A stretch of 63,032 nt of DNA, the filler included, from Piptocephalis cylindrospora (taxonomy: Eukaryota), in NCBI GenBank assembly GCA_003614145.1. It is 23 parts of 23 records of this genome, joined end to end, with 100 filler letters (N's around TTAATTAATTAA, not from the genome) between each part and the next. Parts side by side here need not be neighbours in the genome. Positions count along the whole stretch, not along the records: positions 35,847 to 38,492 come from KZ988897.1; positions 38,593 to 41,237 come from KZ988898.1; positions 41,338 to 43,979 come from KZ988899.1; positions 44,080 to 46,714 come from KZ988900.1; positions 46,815 to 49,442 come from KZ988901.1; 18 more parts are not named here. The stretch is one strand, 5' to 3'. Both the position numbers and the translations under genes were made by a program. The first letter of the stretch is position 1, and each line of letters opens with the position of its first letter. Shown here piece after piece: positions 36,900 through 49,542 of this stretch. The notes under the pieces are model-generated. The model was not told the DNA's origin. It worked only from the letters and a program-made list of their open reading frames with translations, and did not search any database.

Positions 36900-38120
36900 G
36901 GTAGGGTGAGAATGGTCAAGAAGATGGACGACTGGGCCCTGCGGAGAAAGATGATACTCCAAGGACAAGCAAGGGACAAGGAGCAGAGTGAGAGGAACAT
37001 CATGAGGGCGCTGAAGGCTTTTTTTGGGCCAGAACAAGGGACGGCAAGATCATGCGGAAGGGGTCAAAGCGGATAAGTAACAAGAGGGACTCAATGTTGA
37101 AAGGCTTTTCCCTGGAAACACTATTCACATCCCCACCGATCGTGCAAAGACAAAGGGTATGGTACCCTACGATATATAGGGACGAAAGCATGTGGGGATG
37201 CCCAATGTGCGAGGGGGAAATGGAGACTGTCAAGCATCTACTAATGTGCAGCCAAGAAGGCGGGGACCCAAGGATCTGGGAAGGATGGGAAGAGGAGAAG
37301 GGGAAAGGGGCAAGCCCGATGAAGAAGGCGATAAGAGCCATTATCAGGGCCATAAAACCCTGGGATGAGGTGGGGAAGAGCATGGCTAGACCAGCGAATT
37401 GGTGGGGGGAAGCAGTGGCGATGATGGTGCAAGATGACAGAGGACTGGGGGGTAAGGCGATGGGAGAAAGGAAAATGATGAGAATGGTAGAGGGAGTGAT
37501 GCGCGAGGTGTATGCTCGAATGATGGGTGAGACGTACGAGCGGGTATGGCTGAGGAGATGTAGGCGCCAGGTGGAGAAGGAGAGACGGGAAGGGATGCGG
37601 CGGATCTGGAGAATGATGAAGAGAGGGGAACAGCCTGTTCCGGAGGATACGATTGCCCCAGAAGGGAATTCAGGAGAGGATGGCAGGCCCGGGATGCGGA
37701 TGAGCATGCTACCGCCGGCGGACGATGGTATGCCCATACATGTCTCGAGCTTTCCTGAATTGACTAGGAGATCTAGATGGTGGCGGGAGAAGGGTAGTAA
37801 TGGGTAGGATCATCATTTTGGGAGGGGGGTAGGAGTGTAGGGGAGTGGGAGAGTGAGGGAGTAGTGACGTTACGACGGGATGCCCAAGGCAAGTAGAAGG
37901 AGGGCAGCGGCAGACAAGGAGGATTGGATTGAAAGTGAAAAGAAAAGGAAGGTGGGATAGAAGAGGCGAAATGATCTGGGCTTTATAGTCGGAGATCTGA
38001 CCTTGTCATTGCTCTGCTTCTAGCATCTATTGGAACCCTATGGGAGGGTAGCGTTCGGGCCCTGTGCCGACACCTATGGAGACGGTGCTTGCTTTTTTTG
38101 GAGTGAAAATTATTCATGCA
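36900..38120 (+). mobile_element. 5'-truncated non-LTR retrotransposon (ORF2 C-terminus plus 3' UTR)
   Basis: ORF 37052-37807 contains WYPTIY...CPMCEGEMETVKHLLMC, a CCHC knuckle typical of LINE ORF2 C-termini, and a later YERVW..RC motif. Confidence 0.72.
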
Positions 38121-38224
38121 AAAGAGGACAAATACACAGCCTCACAAAAGTGTGCTGGTATTTCCACCTTCATGGGCCCCTTTCTTTATTATTCTTCCTA
38201 CAGAAAGGTATTTTTAATGAAATA

Positions 38225-38492
38225 CAGTACATTGGAAGCGCGAGAACCATACGACCAGGGATAGGTGAAGTACTTTTAAATGGAAAAATAAATCGTTTCA
38301 GGAATTAAAGAATTGTAAAGCAAATTGTGTCGGCACGGTTTCGGTGCAGGATTCTGCAAATTCCATCTCCAACCATCAATACTCAGTGGGTCCACCCTTT
38401 GCCTTTAGAACGGCCTGGATTCTTGAAGGCATGCTGTCGATGAGATTCAGGACTACATCATAGGGGATCTCATCCCATTCTGATTCCACCCG
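38225..38492 (-). mobile_element. Tc1/mariner DNA transposon 3' end
   Basis: 38492-38376 translates to RVESEWDEIPYDVVLNLIDSMPSRIQAVLKAKGGPTEY*, the Tc1 transposase C-terminus. Terminus TA|CAGTAC at 38223-38230. Confidence 0.88.
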
Positions 38493-38734
38493 NNNNNNNN
38501 NNNNNNNNNNNNNNNNNNNNNNNNNNNNNNNNNNNNTTAATTAATTAANNNNNNNNNNNNNNNNNNNNNNNNNNNNNNNNNNNNNNNNNNNNACTTGAGT
38601 GTTGTTCGTGCCCATCCAGGATATCCTTTGTCCTTTCCTCCCTAAATCATTCCTTGTCCTTTCGCTGCCTAACTATTTGGGCTCTATTGATAGCCCTCAC
38701 ATCATCCCTCATTATCTGAGAGAGCTCCGTGACG

Positions 38735-41188
38735 ATGAGCGCTGAAGCAGAGGTCCCTCTACCACAATCGGAGGATCCCCTTGATCTATTAGACCGTGTC
38801 CCAGCCACCTCACAGGAACGACTAGAATTGCTCTTACAAGTCGCTCGAGAGTGCGCGGCCGCACGACGAGAAGGAGGAAAACGAGCTTCTTACCGGGACA
38901 TTGTTCGAGTGTAGGTTGTCCGCCCATTGTCATTTTAGCGGGGAGGTATGAGTCACGAGCGATGACCGTGACCAGAGTTGACCTTTTCATCCTCTCATAT
39001 AGGTGTCGTCGATACTGTGCGGATGCTCTCATGGAGGTCCGGGCTGTGGCCTATCGCACCCTTCGACTCGCCCTATATCAACCAGATGATGTGTATGCCC
39101 TTTTCCGGCATGGTGTCAATGTGTTTCTCATTCGGTACGGTTATTTTCTCGAGTGATTATGGTTCAAATCGGGTTTTCAATCAAGGTGTCCCCTCTTCTC
39201 ACCCGCTAGCCCCTTCACCTACCTCATCATTGTTTTGATCAATAGGTCACTTGCCAGAGATGTAAAACATGAGGTAGAGCGCGAGCAGGCAATTAGATTA
39301 ATCCGAGCTTGTATTGATCTGGGGGAGCGAGCCACCACCCACCTTCCTGTGGGCCCCGTTCGTGCTCTAGTTGCCATGGCTGAGCATGCTGATGAGCCCT
39401 TTAGGAACCTGTGTTTGGAAACCCTTTGTGAATTAGGTAGGTCAATCAGAAGCTAAGCCCATGTAGCGTGACCATCTCTTCTCATCCTCTCCTCATCCTC
39501 TTCCCATCTCCCCGCCTCAGCCATTCGGGATCCTGAACTAACCGTAGAGTCTGGTGGTCTTCGAGTCATGTTGCATGTACTTGTGGAAGGCTCCCAGGAT
39601 CTCTCCGATGCCGTGTCTCTTACCTTGCTCTATCTACTTGACCGTCCTGCCAATCGTCAATACCTACGGCCTGGGATGGACATTGAGGTAAGATGCTATA
39701 AGAGGGTGCTATGCTTGTGTCTTTCAATGGGGTTCAGCCTTTAGGCACTAAATTAGATATTGAATCTGCCTGCTATACTGGACACGTGCCCTATGCTCAC
39801 CCTTTTTCCCTTCCTTACCCTCATCATCCAGGTATTGGTCAGTCCTCTAACTAATGGGACGGTCAAGGGAGCTGCCGCTGAGGAAAGGGTTCGCCATTGT
39901 ACCATGGCCCTTCGTCCCTATCTGACTTCCTGGGTGGGCCTTAATTATCTGTGCATGGATAAACGACGCACTCTGCGTTCCTTGATCATGGCCCTTCGGA
40001 CAGGTCCCACCATTGTTCAGGTACTTTCTTCAATCCAGCACCTCTTTACACTTATCTTCTCCATCCATCTAACCTCAATTGCCTAACCCTTATAACCCTT
40101 ATAATCCTTATATTTCCCTCATATGGTGGAATGATTAGGTTGCCATTCTCGAGTTACTCTCCCATGTCCTCGACTATCCTGTAGGGGACAGTGCCAAACC
40201 CAGACCGAATGAGGGAAGGACCCCACTTGGATTTGCCCTACGCTCACGAAGGATCCGCCCTTCCTACCCTGACCGTATCGATCTATTGGACCATCATATG
40301 GCGTCCCTCCTAGCCATTCTCATGGAATGTGAGCTTCTTGATGCCCTGTCGGTCATTGTGGAGCGAAATGATGATGCCGTAGTCCCTCTGTGCTATCGCA
40401 TCGTGACACGTCTCTTACGCATCTCCCAGTCCATTCTTCCCACCTCCAAGGCCGCCCATGTTCAGGCCTTATCCAGGCTTGTGGGAACTGCCACAACTTT
40501 TCGGGATGAAGTTATCCGACATCATGCCACAGCCTCTCTCATGTACATTGACGAGGCCATCTCTATTGCTGAGGGGACGGCCTTTCGCCTAGGCCGGGGT
40601 TTTGGCGAGGCTGTGGTGGGTCAAACTAGACGGGCTACAAGCCATGGATCTGGAGGAGGGGAAGATGGCAGGAGTGGTGGGGGAGGAAGCGGCGGTGGCG
40701 GGGGGCATCGAGGATCATTCAATAACCCACCAGCTACCCCTGCATCTGCCTCACTTTCAATGGAATTGTCCCATGGAAATACTGGCTCTCCATCCTCTTC
40801 ATCCACATCCTCTTCTGGGCCAGGACACACCGCTCTCTTGTCCCCAGCGGCACAAGCAGCCGCTTTCTCCACTTCTTCTACCACAGCCACCCTCCTTCAC
40901 CGAGACTCTCTACCAGATGAGGGAAGGGTCAAGCAGATGATCCAAGAAACTTTTGTCCTTGCAGAGCGTGATTACACCCGATGGGACTGGGACTTGGTCA
41001 GTGAACTCTTTCACACAGCTCTGCGGAACCCGGCATGCCTAGTGGAGACCCTTCGAACCACTTCTTTTCTCAAGCGCGTCTTGGCCTTTTACCGACCCAG
41101 GACCGGGCCTTTTCCCGATCTATTGATGAATTCGGCCAATCTTCGTTTCCTGCAAATCGGGTGCGACATTGTTGGCTTGCTCACTTGA
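38735..41188 (+). CDS. AVO3: TORC2 subunit Rictor (Avo3/Ste20), partial
   Basis: EVRAVAYRTLR, SLARDVKHEVEREQAIRLIR, FRNLCLETLCEL, RQYLRPGMDIE, SWVGL, RWDWDLV and RVLAFYRP. The 3' end is truncated by an artefactual junction. Confidence 0.93.
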
Positions 41189-41392
41189 GTGTTGTTCGTG
41201 CCCATCCAGGATATCCTTTGTCCTTTCCTCCCTAAATNNNNNNNNNNNNNNNNNNNNNNNNNNNNNNNNNNNNNNNNNNNNTTAATTAATTAANNNNNNN
41301 NNNNNNNNNNNNNNNNNNNNNNNNNNNNNNNNNNNNNCATCGCAAGACCCTGCCCCCGACCCAGCTACCAAGACCACACACATACACTCATC

Positions 41393-41667
41393 CTCGTCGG
41401 GACAGGTGAGGGAGGTTCCTCTGTACGATGATGGTGCGGAGGAGGAGGGCGTTTGAGTTCCTTTGCTAAGTCTGAGGGGGAGGAGGAGGAAGAAGATGAA
41501 GAGTGACGGGAGTGAGAAAGCTCCGGTTCAGTATATATGTCCTTTTGGCTGTAAGGAGAGCGATGGATGAAGGAAGATGAGAGGAAGGAGGAGGAGGAGG
41601 AGGAAAGGATGGGTGAGTAGGAAAAGGAGGAGATGGGGAAACAAAGGACATAGAGTACTTACCCCAT
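41393..41667 (-). CDS. 5' end of an unidentified gene
   Basis: ATGGG|GTAAGT micro-exon at 41667-41663, pyrimidine-rich intron to CTTAG at 41466, then KGTQTPSSSAPSSYRGTSLTCPDE. Confidence 0.35.
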
Positions 41668-43421
41668 ATTGAGTGGGGAGGGAGGGGGGAGGGGGAGGGG
41701 ATCAAAGTCTTGAAGGGTTGTGTATGAAGCCAATGTACACACCAATGGGACCTCGGTCGTGTGGGAGAGGGGGTGTGTGTATATTGATTGGGGGTCCAAA
41801 GGGTGCAGGGACGTCTTTTCCCAGGGTAGGTGGGCCGGACAAGTGGAAAGGAGTAGGTCAGAGGGGAATCAGGGGAGAGTGGAGAGATCAAGAACGACGG
41901 ATAGATGGGAAGAAGGGCAAGCAGGGTTTCAGGGGAGAAGTCAAGCAAGGGAGGACACAGAATAAGAAGGGAAGAGAAAGAAAAAAGGCAGAAAAAAAGA
42001 GGGGAGAGGAGAGTTACTGGGGGGATTGGGAGAACAAAATCCAGAGATGAAGAGGGGGGAGGAGGAGGGAAGGAAGAAGCAAGGATCGGGGAGGAGCGGA
42101 GGAGTTTCGGGAAGGGCGACATGGAAGGAGGGTCTTTTAGGCCGGAAATAGCCTGAGTGCACGCACAGGGATGCGGAAAAAGTGGTCAAGAGCAGCTGGG
42201 TGACTCAGTGTGTGTATGTGTGTGTGTGTTGTGTGTGTTGTGTGTGTGTATATGTGTATGTGTATGTGTGTGGACTTCCAGTCTCTTTTCCTCTCGATGA
42301 GTGTATGTGTGTGGTCTTGGTAGCTGGGTCGGGGGCAGGGTCTTGCGATGGGGGGACTTGGGGCTTGGATGGGTAAGAGGCCTATTAAGATGGGCTCTAT
42401 TCTGGGATGTAGATGTATGTGTATATGTGGTAGGTAAGGCTGACCTACACAGGTACAGACTGACAGACTGATGCATCACTGACAGGGTGAGGCAGGGATG
42501 CTTGGAGTCCTAGGGCTGTACCTGTTCACTGACGATGATGAAAGGAAGCATTTCCCTTCTATTCTCCCTACTCACACACGGGCATACATGTGGACTGGAG
42601 GGTAGGGAAAAGGATAAGCAAGTGTCCCATTTTTAATCATCATCATCATGATTATCATCATCGCCCTTGACCTTGATGCTCGGGGTAACAGGGAATGTGG
42701 GAGATAAATAGAAACCCTATTGGTGTCTATGTTTAGCGGTGTATGAATTAGGAAAGGGGGCGGGGAAGGGAGATAGGGATGGGCCGGGGAATGGCCCGAC
42801 ACTTGGGCAGCTGGGACAGCGGGGTGGTTCATACGCCACAAAGGTCAACTGGGATGGCCTGGGTGGAAACAGGCAGTCAGGGAGAAAGGAGGCATGGCAT
42901 GGCGAAATTGGAATTGGATAAGGTGGAATGAACCTTTTGCCTATCGGACTAACCATGAGAGGAGTGTCGTTGATCGACCCACATAGGCCGTATATGAGAT
43001 AGATTGCTTCCTGAGGCGATCCATGTATGTGCGTGGGGAGGGAGAATGAATCATCCAGGCACTCGAATAGACATGGATCCTTGGTTTGCAAAGGTGGGTG
43101 TTTCATCCAATCTGATGTGAATAGGAGGAGGTCTCTGATGATTTGATTGAAAGAAAGACATTGAATGGCGTACAAGGAGGAGCATGTTGATCCGGGAAAT
43201 GGAGTAGATGGGGAAAGGGAACTCTCATGTGATCATAGAAGAGAAGCTTAATTATCCTCTTTTTCTTCTTGCAAAATTGGCATCTATTTTAAATTAGAAC
43301 CCGTACAACGTGGGCAAGCCCCACATAAGGGATCATCGGGAGGTGAGGGATGGAAAAGAGGGGGGAGAGAGGGGCGTTTTGCCTATGATCATTCTCTCTC
43401 GATATGAGGGGCTTGAACTTG

Positions 43422-43666
43422 GTTGTATAAAAATTTATTGTCTTATGGGGAAACACACATCCAAGGGACATTTCAGAAAAGGGCGGAAATTTAGAGACGA
43501 ATTAAGCGTGCTAGAGTCGGAGCATTAGATGTGGGGTGTCGTTGTAGTATTTCGTGTATCCTGAGCCAAGTAGAGAGGAAGGCAGTGTTTGCCTCTGACT
43601 TATTGCGTAACCAAAGGAGACAAGCCCTCACTGAGGAACGGACAGCATGAGCGAAGCGGCGGCCTG
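43422..43666 (-). mobile_element. Short retroposed element, family B copy 1 (245 nt)
   Basis: Homologous to 50388-50624. Ends in CCCCATAAGACAATAAATTTTTATACAAC. TSD GGGGCTTGAA(C/A)TTG at 43408-43421 and 43667-43680. Confidence 0.82.
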
Positions 43667-43929
43667 GGGGCTTGAAATTGATCCAAATCACGGTTCAATT
43701 CGCATGACGGACTTTTAAAATCCAAGATGGGCTCAGTGTGTGGGTGGATCTGAGTGTGCGCCATACCTCAATCACACACCTTCAAGCATGGATGAGGAAG
43801 AGGCTGTGTCACCCCCAGGCTGCTGAGCGAGCAAGGGCGGAGACCAGGCTTGGGAGGGAGCGGGGCAGACACCGCGTCACCCTTTGGATACCCACTGGCT
43901 GCACTAGGTCCCTCTCTCTACGTACACAT

Positions 43930-43930
<1 letters not shown>

Positions 43931-43979
<49 letters not shown>
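43931..43979. repeat. (CA)n microsatellite, one of many simple repeats
   Basis: Other simple repeats: (GA)n about 3893-3919 and 45346-45376, (CT)n 19647-19669, poly-C 2818-2835 and 44130-44195, (CA)n 55868-55894 and 61859-61885, (GGAT)n 57491-57515. Confidence 0.9.
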
Positions 43980-44691
43980 NNNNNNNNNNNNNNNNNNNNN
44001 NNNNNNNNNNNNNNNNNNNNNNNTTAATTAATTAANNNNNNNNNNNNNNNNNNNNNNNNNNNNNNNNNNNNNNNNNNNNATTCACCACCATTCCCCATCT
44101 CCTCTTGCCATCACTCACTTGCTGTCCCCTCCCCCCCCTCCCCCCCCCCCCCCCCCCCCCCCCCCTTTTTCCCCCCCCCCCCCCCCCCCCCCCTCCCTTC
44201 ACCCTTTGGCCTCACGGAAAGGGGAAAAAAAACGGGGGTCCATGTATATTATATAGTATTTTTTTGAAAAAAACCCACTTTCCCCCCCCCCCCCCCCCCC
44301 CTTGGACATGGACTTATACACATTCCTCCTCTCTCACACATGTCACAGTGACACAGCCTTGGAATTTGAACAATCCTGTTATGCCAGGGTCATTCCAACC
44401 AAGGATCGACTTGAAGGTACGTGATGGGCGTATTGAGGTCAAGGAATCAAGGTCAAGGGACTGATCTTCCCTCCCTCATCTCATTGAAACTAGGCTTACG
44501 GGCTTTCAAGGAAAAGCGCGCTCCTCAGTACCATGGGGAGTAGGTGGAGGAGAGGGAGAGAGAAGGAGGGAGAGAGAATGTGTGTGCGTGTGTGTGAGGA
44601 TGCGCTTCTCCAATACACATGAGAGGATTCGGATCGTTTCAAAAAAATGACTTTCTTTCCCCATTCTTCCTCTTCTCTATCCAACGAAATC

Positions 44692-45300
44692 TTAACGCCA
44701 ATCCGTCCGGACCTTGACATCGGACATATCCACCTGGCTTCCGACTGGAACCATAAAAGGATTGGCCAAATCCATCTTTCTACAGTGGTGAGGGTGATGA
44801 TGAGATCCCACCCCCCATTGGGGACCTTCCCCTCCAACCACCCAGATTCAAACTTACTCGGGATAAACCATGAGGTGCATCTTGGCGCTCTGGTGATTGG
44901 CCTGCAGCAGATTCAGCTTAGCTGCCCGTTCGGTCTCTTTCAAGTGCTTCGCTTCATTGCTCTTCAGCTTGCCCTCCTCAGGCATCCCCTCGCGAAGATA
45001 CGTGGTCAATGGATGCTCCTTCTCTCCCCCTTCAGTCACGTAATCAGCGTGCTTGGCCAGAGCCAAAGTGCCCACGACGGCGACCAAGGCGAATGTCCAG
45101 ACGGAAGAGGAGAAGCCTATGGGTATGGGAGGGGGTAAGAGACCGTCAAATGGTCATGGACACACGTCAATGCACCTACCCTCTTCCTTGAACTTGGGGC
45201 CCTCAGTCGTGGTAGCGTAGGTCTGCCCCCTAGACCGGATCGAGGCCTGAAGGGATCTGGAGAGGGAATGGGAGGAGGATTTCAAGGCACGGGAAAGCAT
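44692..45300 (-). CDS. Complex I 17.8 kDa accessory subunit (fungal NDUFB5-like)
   Basis: Three exons give a mitochondrial presequence, one TM helix, HPLTTYL and C-terminal YPEKMDLANPFMVPVGSQVDMSDV. Confidence 0.7.
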
Positions 45301-45342
45301 GTTGTCGTTTGAAGGATGGAAGAGATGAAGAGAGATGAGGGA

Positions 45343-45379
<37 letters not shown>

Positions 45380-45859
45380 GAGGAGATGGATGGATGGGTG
45401 TGTGCACCCCCTCCCCCTCTCCTCTCCCATCCCATCCCTCAGTGCCTCCTCCTCCCCCCTCACACCGTGTGGTCTGTCGGAGTCAACACTGTGAAAATGT
45501 GCATTTCCAAGACAAAATACAAGCCAAAATTGACGACCCCCTCCTCTCATCAGTCATTTCAACAACAAAAACAAGTCCAAGAATCTTTCATTGATTCGGT
45601 TTTTTAAAGAAGGAAAAAAAAGAGGAAAGGAGAATGCATGCTGCAATCCCCTTTTACCTGCTATATAGAATGGGGGGATATGATCCATGTTACCACCTTG
45701 ATGGTCACGATCACTTTCTATCCACCATGGTCACACTCGCTATCACTCTCTATTCACCATGGTCATTCACCATGGTGCTCTATCCTCCATGGTCCTATTC
45801 TACTCTCCATCATTGGCCCTCTCTATCTTCATCACCCTACCCCAAAGGAACCCTCTCAT

Positions 45860-46555
45860 CTAACATAACCGAGATCTCCGCTCACGTGCTTCCCCGGCCA
45901 TGCCAACAAAATATTGATGCCACCGACGATCCCCGGTTAGCTCGGGATGAAAGGCACAGCCGAGGATGTCATCCTTGCGAACAGCGACGATCTCGCCATT
46001 TTCAAGCTTGGCCATGACCTCGACACCCTCGCCCTCCCGGACGGATTCAATGACGGGAGCACGGATGAAAAGGGCGAGAAAGTCCTGGCCAAGGACGGGG
46101 ACAGAGAGATGGGTCTCGAAGCTATCGGTCTGGGACCCAAACCGATTCCGAAGGACGGTGATGGGAAGGAGACCCAAGAGTTCCTGCCCGCCCTTCTTGG
46201 TGTTCTCCGCCTTCTCCGACAGCAGGATGAGCCCAGCACATGTACCCCACACGGGTCTCCGGGTGCCAAAGTCCCTCAGGGCCTCCCAGATCCCAGATCG
46301 CTGTGCGATGAGAGCAATGGTGGTGGATTCCCCACCAGGGATGATCAGGGCATCCAGATCCTCTAGATCCTCCAGTTGCCTCACCAAGGGGGCACGGGCC
46401 ACCATGGGTATTGCCAGGAGGATGTTGACGTGTTCGATGAAAGCGCCCTGCAAGGCCAGGACTCCAATGACCAGCCCACCAGATCTAGACGAGTTTGGCG
46501 GGGAGGGAGGGAGGCTAGGTGTGGTGGTCATGGTAAGATCAGGCCCAGTGGACAT
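45860..46555 (-). CDS. PDX2: PLP synthase glutaminase subunit (Pdx2/Sno)
   Basis: IGVLALQGAF, IIPGGESTT, GTCAGLI, RNRFGSQ, FIRAP and FHPEL. Confidence 0.96.
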   Translation of the reverse strand: MSTGPDLTMTTTPSLPPSPPNSSRSGGLVIGVLALQGAFIEHVNILLAIPMVARAPLVRQLEDLEDLDALIIPGGESTTIALIAQRSGIWEALRDFGTRRPVWGTCAGLILLSEKAENTKKGGQELLGLLPITVLRNRFGSQTDSFETHLSVPVLGQDFLALFIRAPVIESVREGEGVEVMAKLENGEIVAVRKDDILGCAFHPELTGDRRWHQYFVGMAGEARERRSRLC

Positions 46556-47158
46556 GGTATGGAAGGAAAGGAAGGAGGGGAGGGGGAGAGGAGGAGAGAT
46601 ACAGAAGGGAGGAGGGAGGAGACGGAGGGGAGGGGGGTGGGGGAAGGTCCGAGCGTTATGTAATAAGAAGGCAAGTAGTATGCTGAGGCTAGAAGGAAGA
46701 AAAGGTTGGGGTGGNNNNNNNNNNNNNNNNNNNNNNNNNNNNNNNNNNNNNNNNNNNNTTAATTAATTAANNNNNNNNNNNNNNNNNNNNNNNNNNNNNN
46801 NNNNNNNNNNNNNNAATTTTCGGTGGAAAAAAAAAAGGGAACACTCAATATAAAGGTTTTTCAAGTCAACTACAGGATGGCATATATTACTCCCATCATC
46901 CCAGCCACCATGTATAAATGCATACAAACTTTAAAATGGAGACGGGTGTGCTCACGATGATGAGCATGCATAGAGAAAACTGGCTACCATGACGAAATAC
47001 ATGTCAATTCTTGAAGGTGCATAAAGCTTCCTGTAGACCATTCTCCTTTCTCTAGTTAGTAGCGAGAAATAAAAGGTTGAGTGCATATTCTAAGGGTGGT
47101 TATTGAAGGTTCATTGAATAAAGTCATGGAGAGAGGATTGGAATTAGAATAATCCATT

Positions 47159-47231
47159 GGGCGGGTTATGTGTTCGGATGCATAACAGCCTACCCCACTG
47201 AGGGAAAATATAAAGGTTTTATTAATCAATC
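47159..47231 (+). mobile_element. Short retroposed element, family A copy 2
   Basis: GGCGGGTTATGTGTTCGGATGCATAAC...CCCCACTGAGGGAAAATATAAAGGTTTT with an ATCA tail. Diverged TSD (13/16) at 47142-47157 and 47232-47247. Confidence 0.75.
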
Positions 47232-49097
47232 AATTCGAATCATCCTTACCTTGGGGGTTGGAAAGGTATAGATGCTGTTACAGCCGACTTTTCAAAGAGC
47301 AATGGCTGAAATATCATTAAATACGAGCTCTTGCAAGATTACCAGGGCGCAGGATCACCTCGCTTCTCCCTCAGCTCCTTAAGGATTGGCAGTTTTGGTT
47401 GTGTACTATTCAAGGTAATCTATGGCTATGACTTCAAGAGGATTGGGGATTTAGCTTGAACCCTCCAAGACCCTCAAATGGCCTTATAGGTGTTGTGTAC
47501 ACTCACATGAGAGACTTACATTTTGTCCAAGCAAAGGATCATCCGTCAATGCCTTTGTCGCACCGGGTGAAAAAGTTCATTTATTAAAACCGGAGGATGT
47601 GTGATGTCTTTATTCGATTTTATATAGTCTAAAGGGCTCATGTTCATTGTGCTATGACCATTTCTCCCCTCTTAATGCATTGGAAAAATAGATAGTAGGT
47701 AATTAATACAATGTATGCTGGGCTTAGGCACGATACCCTCCTCCTCCCCTCCCCTATCTCCTCTCTGCAAATCCACCGAGAATACCGACGAACTTTATGG
47801 CTAAAGAAAGCTCAATGTAGGAATAAGAGGAGCGTATGTATTGGAAGCCCAAGTTAAATAAGAAAATGATTCTTATCTTAAATGGAAGAAACAGCCTTAG
47901 TATCCAGAGTAAAGGTATTTAGACTAAAAATTAGAAAGAGGCCATATAGACTGGGGGACGTGGTACGCGTTTTATGCTAAGAAAGAAATACAAATGAAAG
48001 GATGAGCGTGCAGAGAGACAGCATGAGGTATGGGATGAAGAGAGAAATTGCGGGAGGATGTTTTTGGTGGATAATTCAGAATGAGTACATGACTAGGAGT
48101 ATGCACAAATCTAGTTATGCCTTCCATTTCCATTCATTTTAGCGTTTTACCCTGCCTTTGATCCAGATAAACTTTGAGCCCTTTAATGCCGTAATTTATT
48201 ACTGGTGTGTTAACCTTGTGCCAGAAATAACCTATTGAGCTTACCAATTGAAACCATCCGTATTCTTATGGTTGCAGTGATTAATCTATATAGGGTACTG
48301 CAAGTGCCTTCTTCCTCGTTTTTGGACTGCTTTTTTAAACGGATGTGCCTTGAATGCATGTAGAATCTAAAGTTTACCGCTGGCGCTCCAGAACCTCATG
48401 GCTGCTATAAACATGGATAATCAAGTAACAGGCCAATGGAAAGACGATGTCCAAGGGATCACGGCCGATATATCTGTGCTAGTTTAAGCGTACGTAGAAC
48501 CGAGTTGAGTGCTTTGTTGAATGTTTATTTAGGGAGATGTGTCATATATACAAAGATCAGGAAAAATGTTAGATAGCACGTATAAAATGAGCACGATAAA
48601 CGCTTACATATGGACGAGTCGCTCTTCAACTATTGTTTCCTAGTTAAAGCCTTCCAGTCCAGCAATGTTCTCTCATACTTGGCTGCTTTGTGTATTTCCA
48701 GGTGAGTAAATCAATTCGGTCGCTATTTATGGTGCTTTTGTATAGATCTGCCCGGCTATGGTGATTGATGAGCAGCATCAAGAGCCTAATTGCCTCTACG
48801 AAAACGATGAAATTAATGACTTTACATACACCTTATTGTAGATCCAATGAACCCTGGGCCCTCATGGTGTGAGTACAATATCAAAGTACTCCTGAACGTG
48901 TGGTTCAGTTGGTGTACACTGGGGATTCCCACCATTGATCCTCAAGACAGTTCCTGGCTGGCCCTTTCCAATGGGGTGTCAACTCCGACTATTGTTGCCC
49001 CATCCTATTATCCCACAAGCTGATATCTACCTAAGAAATCGGAATCTTTGACCATCTCCATCGTCTGTCCTTTTATCTTCCTTACCTGTCTCCTGAA

Positions 49098-49442
49098 ATG
49101 TCCCCCCAAGCTTACCATGTGTCGGCCCCAGCCAAAGTTATCCTTTTTGGTGAGCATGCTGTCGTGTACGGCAAGGTAGGATTGAGGTTTAGAGTTGAAG
49201 GGCGCTTCGACTATCTCAGCTCCCACGCACTCATCTTGTCCTCTATGGGGCTAGACCGCCATCGCGGCCAGTGCTGGATTGTACACCTATCTCTCTATTA
49301 TCCCCTCCGCCACTTCTGATATACAACTGTTTCTCCCGGACATTGGGATCAGCTCCTCCTGGCCCTTGGCCCATCTGCGCGCCCTAGTCCCTGCTGAGAC
49401 TCCCCGCCCACACGATGTCTCTCATCTTCCAGGCGCTTTTTC
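49098..49442 (+). CDS. ERG12: Mevalonate kinase, 5' part
   Basis: VSAPAKVILFGEHAVVYGK, intron, then TAIAAS. Confidence 0.9.
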
Positions 49443-49542
49443 NNNNNNNNNNNNNNNNNNNNNNNNNNNNNNNNNNNNNNNNNNNNTTAATTAATTAANN
49501 NNNNNNNNNNNNNNNNNNNNNNNNNNNNNNNNNNNNNNNNNN

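Noticed and set aside
38621..38629. ATATCCTTT resembling a U12 AT-AC donor
   Set aside because: No convincing U12 branch point or AC acceptor, it lies upstream of the likely start, and it falls in the artefactual junction sequence.
38593..41237. 55-nt direct repeat at both contig ends suggesting a circular element carrying Rictor
   Set aside because: Exact 55-nt overlap that truncates a core gene mid-domain, consistent with an assembly loop from a chimeric read. Circular DNA cannot be fully excluded without reads.
41338..42350. Perfect inverted repeat 41338-41392 and 42296-42350
   Set aside because: Again exactly 55 nt at a contig end and interrupting an exon, so most likely a chimera.
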